Positions 16,693-24,000 of a stretch of 24,000 bases of DNA are shown here, one piece after another (the first letter of the stretch is position 1; each line of letters starts with the position of its first letter). This DNA is from Dickeya phage JA15, in sequence record KY942056.1. One strand, 5' to 3'. The notes beneath the pieces are model-generated. The model was not told the origin of the DNA, searched no databases, and worked only from the letters and a program-made list of their open reading frames with translations. A program made the position numbers and the translations under genes.

Positions 16693-18336
16693 ATGCCACG
16701 AATCGTCCAAGAAAAAGAGTGTGCTTGCTGTCATACTGCGTTCAAGCCTAAGCAGGCGAGGTCACTCTACTGCAATATCTTGTGTGAACGTTTTATGTCA
16801 TCCCCTGTCATCAGAAGCCTCGACATAGACAACCTTCCTAAAAACTCGGATGAGTGCAAGGAATGGGTTGTGAAATACTTCTTCACCAAACAAGGTAATG
16901 TCAATTCAAAATTACTCAGGCATCCACTTTTGTTGAGTTATACGGGGGTGGATGTTATGGGGTATTTGTCTGAGCATAACAGTTTAACGGATTTCAGATC
17001 TTCTGTTTCGGCATGGTTATACGATCTGAATAACACTGGTTGTATTGTCTGTGGTAAGGAGACTACAATAGATTTTGATGCTGAGGGTGGTCCAGCATAC
17101 AGGGAATTCTGTTCCAACAAATGTATGAAAGAATCTATGAAGACTGGAGGTGTCTGTAGGGAAAGAATGAATGAGACCATGATGGGGAAATATGGCGTTT
17201 CCCACGCCCTACAGAACAAAGAAATAATGGAGAAAGCCAAAGAAACAAGTATTGAAAGATTTGGCGTAGAATATGCTATGCAATCAGAAGAAATAAAACA
17301 AAGAACTGTCAAAACCAATCAAACCAGATATGGGGTTGACTTTCCTATGAGCCACCCTCCTATCGTATCAAAATCCAGAAGTATGTTGAGGATAAGCTGT
17401 ATCGAGAAATATGGGGTTCCAACTGTTATGGATGATCCCAGCATGTGGAAATACATCACATCATTTCAACATAACTCCTCCAAACCAGAAAAAGAAATTA
17501 CTTCGTTCCTTGAGTCCCATGGAGTGAAATGCATCACTGGTGATTACAGCGTGTTGGCGGGGAAAAGACTCCAACTGGACATCTACTGCCCAGAACACAA
17601 ACTGGCAATTGAATTTAACGGCCTATACTGGCACACAGAACAACAGAAACCGGGGAAGGAATATCATCTGGACAAAACCAGATTGTGTGAAGCCCGGGGT
17701 ATTCAGTTAATCCACATCTGGGAAGATGAGTGGCGTGACAAACCTGATATTGTGAAGGGTATGATTTTGGCCAAGTTGGGTGTGAAAGGGCCGTTGTCTT
17801 ATGCTCGAAAACACAGAATCAGTTCACTCAAACCTCTTGAATGCAACCAATTCTTAGAACAACACCATATACAGGGAAGTGTGGCATTCTCATCACTACG
17901 GTTAGGTCTTGAGGACAAAGAAGGAAATGCCCAGGCGGTGATGGTATTTACCAAACGGACACATGGTACTGAATTGGTGAGATTTGCGTCTAATGGTTGT
18001 CATGGTGCGTTTAGCAAACTACTATCTCACGCTATAAAATACTGTCTTGATCCGACCCAGACAGTATATTCTTTTGGGGATCGTTGTGTTGTGAGTAGAT
18101 TGAAAAATGTTTACCTACAAAATGGGTTTATAGAAAAGGAAGTTCTTGCTCCGGACTATAAATATGTTGATAAACAATATTCAACTCGCACTCACAAATT
18201 CTCATATAGAAAAGATAAATTTAAAGAACTCGGTTATGAAATAGAGGGTAAAACGGAAGACATGTTGGCCGAGGAAGCCAGGCTATCGCGTATCTGGGGA
18301 TGCGGGTTGGTGAGATACGAATTCCAGAGGAAGTGA
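16693..18336 (+). CDS. Large homing endonuclease, Vsr/EDxHD-like catalytic domain, with two N-terminal Cys clusters and tandem YGV repeats
   Basis: LDIYCPEHKLAIEFNGLYWHTEQ...YHLDKTRLCEARGIQLIHIWEDEW is characteristic of phage Vsr-like homing endonucleases. CxxC pairs (CACCHTAF...CNILC; CIVCG...CSNKC). Inserted between two baseplate genes. Confidence 0.85.
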   Translation: MPRIVQEKECACCHTAFKPKQARSLYCNILCERFMSSPVIRSLDIDNLPKNSDECKEWVVKYFFTKQGNVNSKLLRHPLLLSYTGVDVMGYLSEHNSLTDFRSSVSAWLYDLNNTGCIVCGKETTIDFDAEGGPAYREFCSNKCMKESMKTGGVCRERMNETMMGKYGVSHALQNKEIMEKAKETSIERFGVEYAMQSEEIKQRTVKTNQTRYGVDFPMSHPPIVSKSRSMLRISCIEKYGVPTVMDDPSMWKYITSFQHNSSKPEKEITSFLESHGVKCITGDYSVLAGKRLQLDIYCPEHKLAIEFNGLYWHTEQQKPGKEYHLDKTRLCEARGIQLIHIWEDEWRDKPDIVKGMILAKLGVKGPLSYARKHRISSLKPLECNQFLEQHHIQGSVAFSSLRLGLEDKEGNAQAVMVFTKRTHGTELVRFASNGCHGAFSKLLSHAIKYCLDPTQTVYSFGDRCVVSRLKNVYLQNGFIEKEVLAPDYKYVDKQYSTRTHKFSYRKDKFKELGYEIEGKTEDMLAEEARLSRIWGCGLVRYEFQRK

Positions 18337-18338
18337 AC

Positions 18339-18893
18339 ATGAAATATTTTGAGAAATTCCCGCTCGTCTGGCACCAATTGCTGGATGTACAGGAGCAAGA
18401 CACCATCCTTCTGCAGAACTTAACGCGACGGGTGATGATCCTACAGAAAATTAAGGACATCGAAGGGCTTCTCCTGCCTTATTCTGTCCAAGAGGGGGAA
18501 ACCCCAAGGTCGTTCGCAGAGCGCGTCTATGGTTCCTTCGAGCTGTTTTGGATACCATGTCTGATAAATGGAATCATGGACATCAACAAGGACTGGCCAA
18601 AACCGGAGCGGCGCATTGTTGAAGAACTGACTGCGGACTACGGCATTGACGGTATGTGGGATACGGCCTATTATGTTGACCAGTTCAATAACGTGACGGA
18701 TGCTCGGGCGATCAAATTTGCATATGGTCTGGACCTTGATGAGCCGTCCATCATTGCTAACTACGGTCTGACAGCAGTATCCTATCATGATGACGCAATC
18801 AGCAAGAACGATGCCAAGCGGAATATCCAGGTGCTCGACCCAGATTATGTGTCGTCGTTCGTGAATCAGCTGGAGCAGGAGTTGGCGAAATGA
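18339..18893 (+). CDS. 53: Baseplate wedge protein, T4 gp53-like
   Basis: MKYFEKFPLVWHQLLDVQ...NLTRRVMILQKIKDIEGLLLPYSVQEGETPRSFAERVYGSFELFWIPCLIN has the gp53 arrangement (RPEELANAIYGNPQLYWVLLMCN in T4). Start ATG 18339 (ORF track starts at 18300). Confidence 0.75.
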   Translation: MKYFEKFPLVWHQLLDVQEQDTILLQNLTRRVMILQKIKDIEGLLLPYSVQEGETPRSFAERVYGSFELFWIPCLINGIMDINKDWPKPERRIVEELTADYGIDGMWDTAYYVDQFNNVTDARAIKFAYGLDLDEPSIIANYGLTAVSYHDDAISKNDAKRNIQVLDPDYVSSFVNQLEQELAK

Positions 18894-20278
18894 TCGAAAA
18901 CAGAGAGACCCAAGACGGTATCGTAACACCGTCGACAACATTTGACCTGAAGTATATGGCGATCCTCCCTCACACCCCACAGGGCGGCACCCCAACGCCA
19001 CATGACCTGACGGCGCTGTTTGAGGAGTTCAACGTCTTTCAGGATCTGGGTCTTGAAGGACAGGCTTCCCCATCCCTGACTGCGAACATCCTTATCAAAG
19101 AGGGCTGGGATATCCTTGACACAATGCCTATCCTCGGCGGCGAAGAAGTGGTTGTTGCATTCAAGACACCAGCAGCTTCCGATTACACCACGCTGTCTCT
19201 GCGCGTGAGCCGTGTCGGGCGCGTTGCTGATGAGTCCAACAGCTCATCCAAGAAGGCATTCTGGCTTCACCTCGTGACCTCTGATGCGTACAAGGACAGC
19301 ATGATTCGTTGTTCCATCGGCCTGAGTGGTTCGTATTCAGAGATGGCGACCACAATCTTCAATCAGCTGGAATCCCGTACGAAGTTCGAAGACATCGATC
19401 CCACATATGGCATACAAGAGAGATTTGCAACACCTCTCTGGCCTGTGCTTCGATCCATAGACTACATGGCCACACGTTCGTATGACGAATTGTTCATGCC
19501 ATTCGTCTTCTACGAGGATTTTGACGGGTATCATTTCAAGAGCCTGACGACCCTCTTCAATCAGGGTAATCAGTCTCTGACGGCAGAAGAGAAGCAGGAG
19601 TTGGCGAACCAGAACAAATTGTTCCGTGATCCTCAGGACGCTCCGCTCATGCAGGACAACAACTTCAACTCCGAGCGCTTCATGCGCACAATCATCAAGG
19701 CAGAGAAGAAGTTGGCTCGTGATCAGTACATGGCCAACTACCGTGATATCCTGGCGGTGAATGAGCGTGTCTACGACTTTGAAACCAAGACTGCGACTGC
19801 GACACAGCGTGTCTACACTGAATGGTTTGCAGAGACGGCTCACCTGGACCCGTTCCCAATGTTCTCAGACGAATTCGATCGACAGAACGTCCGTTACATC
19901 GAAGCCCAGCCGGACGGCGCGGAGCAGATTGATTATGCCCGGCGTGTGATCAATTTCAGTCTGGCGAGTACTGTCATGCGAGTACTGCTGGTCGGGGATA
20001 ACCGCCTCAATGTTGGCAAGGTATTCTATATCGAGGATCAATCCAACCGTCCTAAGAAGAATGAAAACCTGGCTGAGTTAAGTAAGTTATCCACAGGCCA
20101 CTATATCGTGACCAAGGTACGTCACAAGATATCCCGCCTGACAAAAGATTATCAGTGCATTGCCGAGATCGCCAAGGACAGTATGCTGGAGCAGGTGTTA
20201 CCACCACAAACTAATCAGACAACCGCTTCCACCACTACCCCGACCGCGATTGAAAAAGGGCAGTCCCAGAAGGTTTAA
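18890..20278 (+). CDS. Putative baseplate/hub structural protein
   Basis: 462-aa ORF coupled by ATGA to the gp53-like gene, located in the baseplate cluster. Assignment is mainly from context. Confidence 0.55.
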   Translation: MIENRETQDGIVTPSTTFDLKYMAILPHTPQGGTPTPHDLTALFEEFNVFQDLGLEGQASPSLTANILIKEGWDILDTMPILGGEEVVVAFKTPAASDYTTLSLRVSRVGRVADESNSSSKKAFWLHLVTSDAYKDSMIRCSIGLSGSYSEMATTIFNQLESRTKFEDIDPTYGIQERFATPLWPVLRSIDYMATRSYDELFMPFVFYEDFDGYHFKSLTTLFNQGNQSLTAEEKQELANQNKLFRDPQDAPLMQDNNFNSERFMRTIIKAEKKLARDQYMANYRDILAVNERVYDFETKTATATQRVYTEWFAETAHLDPFPMFSDEFDRQNVRYIEAQPDGAEQIDYARRVINFSLASTVMRVLLVGDNRLNVGKVFYIEDQSNRPKKNENLAELSKLSTGHYIVTKVRHKISRLTKDYQCIAEIAKDSMLEQVLPPQTNQTTASTTTPTAIEKGQSQKV

Positions 20279-20288
20279 GAGGTGAATC

Positions 20289-22238
20289 ATGGCAGATCCG
20301 GCAGAGAAGTCACAATCCGATGTGGTCAAAGTTCTAGACAAGATCAAGACGGAGATGATGCAACGCAAGCAACTCCGTGCACAGAACGAGACCAACAAAC
20401 AGCTTGAGCGGATGAACAAAAATCTGTCTAAGCTGGAGTCGGCTTCTAAACAAGAGCAAAAGGCTGATGCCAAGCCTTTTGAAATCCGCTTCCCGACTGT
20501 CACAGAGATAGTCCAGGGCTTTGCCCGTATGTCTCCGATCTTCACCCGTGACTTCGGCGTATGGATGAAAGACAGCATTGACACCAATGTTGAGGGAAAC
20601 CGCGAACTGGAGAACATCGCTGGCAAGATTGAGCGCCTTGGTGACATCACTCGCATGCCAGCCGACGACACGTCTGTTGAATATCTGAACCTCATCTCAG
20701 ATCAATTGAAAGCATCCAACGACGACTCTCTGAAGCGCATGGATGAGCAAGGTCTATCTCTGGTGCGCATGGGTTCCTTCCTGAACATGATGGATGGAGT
20801 ACTCATTGAGATCCGTGATGACACTGCCGATGTCAAGAAGAACTCTGATGAGAGCCTTGTGCGTCTTTCCAAAATCGAAGACAAACTTGGTCGCGTTGGT
20901 GGGCACATCGTCGGAGCGTTAACCCGTATCTTCGATGAAGACCAGAAGTGGCGTGAGAAGGACGAGATGCGCCGTGGGGAGACCGACAAAGAAACGGGCG
21001 GCCATCCTCAGGCGGGTTCTGTTATCCCCAAAGACGATGACCAGAAGGATGACTCTTCCGGTATCGGCGCAGCGGTGGCCGCCATGCTTGGCCTGAACGC
21101 GCTGAAGGGGTTCCTCCTCAAACCATTCAAGATCATCGGCGGCGTTGTCGGGACTTTCCTCGGCATGTTCTCCAAGCTGGGTGATGGTATCAGCAAGTTG
21201 CTTGGTCCGTTTGGCAAGGTATTCAAGTTCCTGAAGGTAGGTCCATTGGCTCTACTGTCCATGATCTGGGACTTTGGTAAAGGCTTCATCAATGCGAAAG
21301 AGATCCTAGGCAAGGGTACAGTGACAATCGTCGACCGAGTACGGGCGGGGATATCAGAACTGGTCGGTGGATTTGGCGACCTGTTTGACTGGGTGTCCAA
21401 GATCTTTGGCTTTGATACAGAGGCTGGCGAAACCCTGCGCAAATATACTCTCATGCTCACTGAGGCTCCCGCTCGCTGGCTGAATGGTATTGTAGACTGG
21501 ATTAGTAACGACTTGTTTGCAGGCATCGGGAGAGGCACGTCTCTTACGGATATCCCTGGCAAGCTGGCGGACAACCTTCAGTCGGAATTGATGAAGCTGG
21601 TCGACTGGATCACTGGGGGTATCAGTGGTGTTATCGACGAGGGTATGGGTGTCGCTAACAAGGTCATCGACGACATCAAGAAAGGATTTGCGGACAACGT
21701 GAAGAAACCCTTCTTCAACATGCTGAACGCTATCACCAACGCGATGTTCGATATCGTGGACAAGTTCGTCAGCATCATCCCTGACTCTCTGGGCGGCGCG
21801 GCGGCGAAGCAGAAGATGGATGAGGCTCGCCAGTCTATGCTGATTGGCACAGATGAGAATCCGTCTCCTAATACGACAGCGGCCTCTCAACCACAAACGC
21901 CTCCACAGCCGAATATCGATCCTCAGACCCTGACGCCGATGCCATCTGGCGTGTCTTCAGATTACAAGAATGTGACTGATGACCGATACTCTCAGATGAA
22001 GGAGGCATATAGTTCAATCGGTAGTTCATTGGTAACCGCCAAACCAGCTCAAGGCAGAGCAATATCTAATGTCGAGCAAGTTCAGGGTGGTTATGCCAAT
22101 CCTCCGGCCAGCGTCGTCATGCCTGTACAGCAGAACGTGGACGCTTCCAAGAAGATCAACACAACCAACAACTTCAACAGTTCTTCACTTGAACCAGAGA
22201 ACAAGACCGACTCGGCTCGCATCCTCTGGGATTGGTGA
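20289..22238 (+). CDS. Putative baseplate hub / tape-measure-like structural protein
   Basis: 649-aa ORF with coiled-coil N-terminus, Gly/hydrophobic central segments (FLLKPFKIIGGVVGTFLGMFSKLGDGISKLLGPFGKVFKFLKVGPLALLSMIWDF) and a low-complexity Gln/Pro/Thr-rich C-terminus. Confidence 0.55.
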   Translation: MADPAEKSQSDVVKVLDKIKTEMMQRKQLRAQNETNKQLERMNKNLSKLESASKQEQKADAKPFEIRFPTVTEIVQGFARMSPIFTRDFGVWMKDSIDTNVEGNRELENIAGKIERLGDITRMPADDTSVEYLNLISDQLKASNDDSLKRMDEQGLSLVRMGSFLNMMDGVLIEIRDDTADVKKNSDESLVRLSKIEDKLGRVGGHIVGALTRIFDEDQKWREKDEMRRGETDKETGGHPQAGSVIPKDDDQKDDSSGIGAAVAAMLGLNALKGFLLKPFKIIGGVVGTFLGMFSKLGDGISKLLGPFGKVFKFLKVGPLALLSMIWDFGKGFINAKEILGKGTVTIVDRVRAGISELVGGFGDLFDWVSKIFGFDTEAGETLRKYTLMLTEAPARWLNGIVDWISNDLFAGIGRGTSLTDIPGKLADNLQSELMKLVDWITGGISGVIDEGMGVANKVIDDIKKGFADNVKKPFFNMLNAITNAMFDIVDKFVSIIPDSLGGAAAKQKMDEARQSMLIGTDENPSPNTTAASQPQTPPQPNIDPQTLTPMPSGVSSDYKNVTDDRYSQMKEAYSSIGSSLVTAKPAQGRAISNVEQVQGGYANPPASVVMPVQQNVDASKKINTTNNFNSSSLEPENKTDSARILWDW

Positions 22239-22904
22239 TCAGATTCCGTGGGCTTGTATTAGCTCACGGAGTCTTCCTTTCGAATACGTTGTATCCTCAT
22301 CTGGCACCACAGCATTCGTCTTCCTGAGCAAGAACGCCTCTGAGTTCCAATAGATGTCATCCTTCAGCACAGTATCATACAAGTGGATGAACCCCACGAT
22401 TTTGTTCAGGCCGACCAGGAACCACATGGGGTAATGCTTGGTGATGATGTCCGTCAACAACGCAGGGTGGCCAACACCCGTCCCCGTCCCCTTCACATAA
22501 TTAATGAACGTCATGTTCCGTTCCTTGATGGCAGGGATCATCTCCCGCTCGAACTCCTCAAGAAAGTTGTATGTGAAGTTCTCGTACAGCTTACGATATT
22601 CATCATAATTGGACTGAGCCTGCTTGGTGAGCAGGGTAGTCACCCAGACCTTCGGGGACTTGATGAAGTTGGCGATGATGTAGTTCTCTACCACTTCACC
22701 CTGTGATGACTCGAACCGACGGGCAAGGCGAGCAAACTGTTTGCACACAGCGTCCTTCGCCAAGAACGTTTCAAACTTGTAGTTCATCGGTCCGTACAAG
22801 CTGTAGTCGAAGTCCTTGGTGGTGAAGTGTAGCTTGATCGCCATGAAGACACAATACACGTTGAACGCCCGCTCGAACTCCATTTTCTGCCATTCAGTCA
22901 GCAT
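22239..22904 (-). CDS. 59: Helicase loader, T4 gp59-like
   Basis: VYCVFMAIKLHFTTKDFDYSLYGPMNYK...FARLARRFESSQGEVVENYIIANFIKSPKVWVTTLL...YDEYRKLYENFTYNFLEEFEREM follows the T4 gp59 layout. Confidence 0.75.
   Translation of the reverse strand: MLTEWQKMEFERAFNVYCVFMAIKLHFTTKDFDYSLYGPMNYKFETFLAKDAVCKQFARLARRFESSQGEVVENYIIANFIKSPKVWVTTLLTKQAQSNYDEYRKLYENFTYNFLEEFEREMIPAIKERNMTFINYVKGTGTGVGHPALLTDIITKHYPMWFLVGLNKIVGFIHLYDTVLKDDIYWNSEAFLLRKTNAVVPDEDTTYSKGRLRELIQAHGI
22242..22273 (+). terminator. Hairpin with 12-bp stem after the + strand tail gene, embedded in the 3' end of gp59-like gene
   Basis: GATTCCGTGGGC-TTGTATTA-GCTCACGGAGTC (two G.T pairs) followed by TTCCTTT. Confidence 0.6.
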
Positions 22905-23152
22905 TTGCGTTCCTCTTCTTTGATGTGCTGCAACAACTCTTCCATCAGACCCTTGTTCTTAATGAACTGCATCACCAAGATAAACCGACGGAAGGAGCGG
23001 GGGACTCTGCGATAACCCCGCGCCCAATGACTGACAACATTTGAACAATCCAACAAACGAGCCAGCCCAGATTGTGACACACCAAGGTTCAGCAGGACCT
23101 TGTAGATGTACTTCTTGTCATTTACTGGAAGCTCTTTCAGTCTTGAGTTCAT
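22898..23152 (-). CDS. Small HTH-like protein (Cro/YdaS-like)
   Basis: 84 aa: YIYKVLLNLGVSQSGLARLLDCSNVVSHWARGYRRVPRSFRRFI. Overlaps the gp59-like start by 7 nt. Confidence 0.6.
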   Translation of the reverse strand: MNSRLKELPVNDKKYIYKVLLNLGVSQSGLARLLDCSNVVSHWARGYRRVPRSFRRFILVMQFIKNKGLMEELLQHIKEEERKC

Positions 23153-23153
23153 G

Positions 23154-23595
23154 TTAACGTTCCGCTAATGTCTTGTAATGTTTGTCAGGATTATACTCCT
23201 GTTTGGAATAGTGAAGAGTAAGCGAAGCACTCAGACCGAGAATCATCACGGCCATGAGAACCCTGTGGTTCTTGATGTCGGGAATAGCTATCCACACCAG
23301 CACCATTACAAGCGAGCTGACAACCAAGGACAGCAAGAACGTTAATGTAAACACCAATGCGAATAGCTCATCCTTCAGATCACCCCTCAGTTCTATTTTT
23401 AGGTCATCAACATAACAACCCGTCTCTGTGTCCCAGATCTCAACACTGAAATACTGAGTCGCCACTTTTGGGGTAACCCCCCCAGGCCTCTGCGTTCTCA
23501 AGAAAGGAGTTTTGGGCGGCCTCTGGCGTCCCGGACACGGATTGAACCTGTAGGCCGTCGTACCCATCATGATACTGCAGCAAATACACTTTCAT
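23154..23595 (-). CDS. Putative two-TM membrane protein encoded across an apparent frameshift at a G7 tract
   Basis: On the - strand, ATG at 23595-23593 overlaps the ligase stop (TAATGA) and encodes MKVYLLQYHDGYDGLQVQSVSGTPEAAQNSFLENAEAWGGYPKSGDSVFQC*. The adjacent frame continues QYFSVEIWDTETGCYVDDLKIELRGDLKDELFALVFTLTFLLSLVVSSLVMVLVWIAI... to 23154. The total is 442 nt, one more than a multiple of 3. Confidence 0.55.
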
Positions 23596-24000
23596 TATGC
23601 GGACTCCAACAGGAATACAATGTTTTCTACATACGCTTTCTGAATCGCATAGACTTCATCAAGCGTGTTGGCCACTTTCTTGTCAATACGGATTTCGGCA
23701 AGGCGCGGTAAGAACAGAGATTTCAACGCGTCATCCGTCTTATCCTGTACGCCATTGGAGAGCACTGCGGCGATCTTACCAATGTAGTCGCCCTGGTTCT
23801 CCCACATCCGGAGTCTCAGCTCATCTGAGATCCCCGAGACGCCAACAACAAGCAAGCCATCGGAAGTCTTACACAGAAGGGAACCAAAGGTCTTCGCGTG
23901 TTTGCCTTTCTTGTCGGCCTCGTTGAAGCCCACGATTTCAAGGTCACACTCCACTTCCATTTTCAACTTCAGACCTTCGGAGGAAGTGCCATCTTCCCAC
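23595..24000 (-). CDS. 30: ATP-dependent DNA ligase, C-terminal part (T4 gp30-like), truncated by the window edge
   Basis: Frame stays open to the edge: WEDGTSSEGLKLKMEVECDLEIVGFNE...MWENQGDYIGKIAAVLSNGV...KSLFLPRLAEIRIDKKVANTLDEVYAI. This parallels the T4 ligase C-terminus (KEVIDVDLKIVG...MENQNYYIGKI...KLFLPIAIRLREDKTKANTFEDVF). The ORF-track start at 23966 (TTG) is internal. Confidence 0.85.
   Translation of the reverse strand, partial: WEDGTSSEGLKLKMEVECDLEIVGFNEADKKGKHAKTFGSLLCKTSDGLLVVGVSGISDELRLRMWENQGDYIGKIAAVLSNGVQDKTDDALKSLFLPRLAEIRIDKKVANTLDEVYAIQKAYVENIVFLLESA

Noticed and set aside
18300-18338. gp53-like start at 18300
   Set aside because: It would overlap the endonuclease 3' end. 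ATG 18339 follows the AGAGGAAG RBS and gives the natural N-terminus MKYFEKFP.
23521-23600. tRNA-like 3' end on the - strand (ACAGG-TTCAATC-CGTGT-CCGGGAC-G-CCA)
   Set aside because: No matching 5' acceptor (GTCCCGG expected), no convincing anticodon or D arms, and the T-stem has a mismatch. The region lies in the coding frame MKVYLLQYHDGYDGLQVQSVSGTPEAAQ...
23597-23926. 109-aa + strand ORF opposite the ligase fragment
   Set aside because: The - strand carries clear T4-like ligase C-terminal motifs, so the + frame is a shadow ORF.
1-24000. CRISPR array, rRNA, insertion sequences, toxin-antitoxin pair or retron
   Set aside because: No spaced direct repeats, transposase motifs, reverse transcriptase motifs or structured RNA genes were recognised on reading. 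The mobile-like content is limited to the three homing endonuclease ORFs.

Overview
This window looks like part of the genome of a large, distantly T4-related myovirus. Its structure would fit an Ackermannviridae/Vi01-like phage, but that placement is inference and no search was run. The + strand carries rIIA- and rIIB-like genes, small accessory ORFs, an Ig-like protein, a MazG-like protein, a single-ORF type II topoisomerase large subunit (T4 gp39+gp60 equivalent), the gp52-like medium subunit, a dCMP deaminase, a membrane PH-domain protein and tail/baseplate genes (gp48-like, gp53-like, hub/tape-measure-like). The - strand carries a gp4-like head completion nuclease, a gp59-like helicase loader, a small HTH-like protein, a membrane protein and the C-terminal end of a T4-like ATP-dependent DNA ligase that runs off the right edge. 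Three free-standing homing endonuclease genes of different families (HNH, GIY-YIG, Vsr/EDxHD-like) sit flush against conserved phage genes. I found no clearly new multi-gene defence or anti-defence system. The observations most worth follow-up are: a G7 tract where a ligase-coupled ORF appears to be frameshifted into a membrane-protein ORF; a symmetric divergent pair of T4-late-like promoter elements; terminators embedded in opposing genes whose stop codons abut or overlap; the repeat-containing EDxHD-like endonuclease with its own putative promoter; and an endonuclease gene overlapping the start of the unsplit topoisomerase gene.
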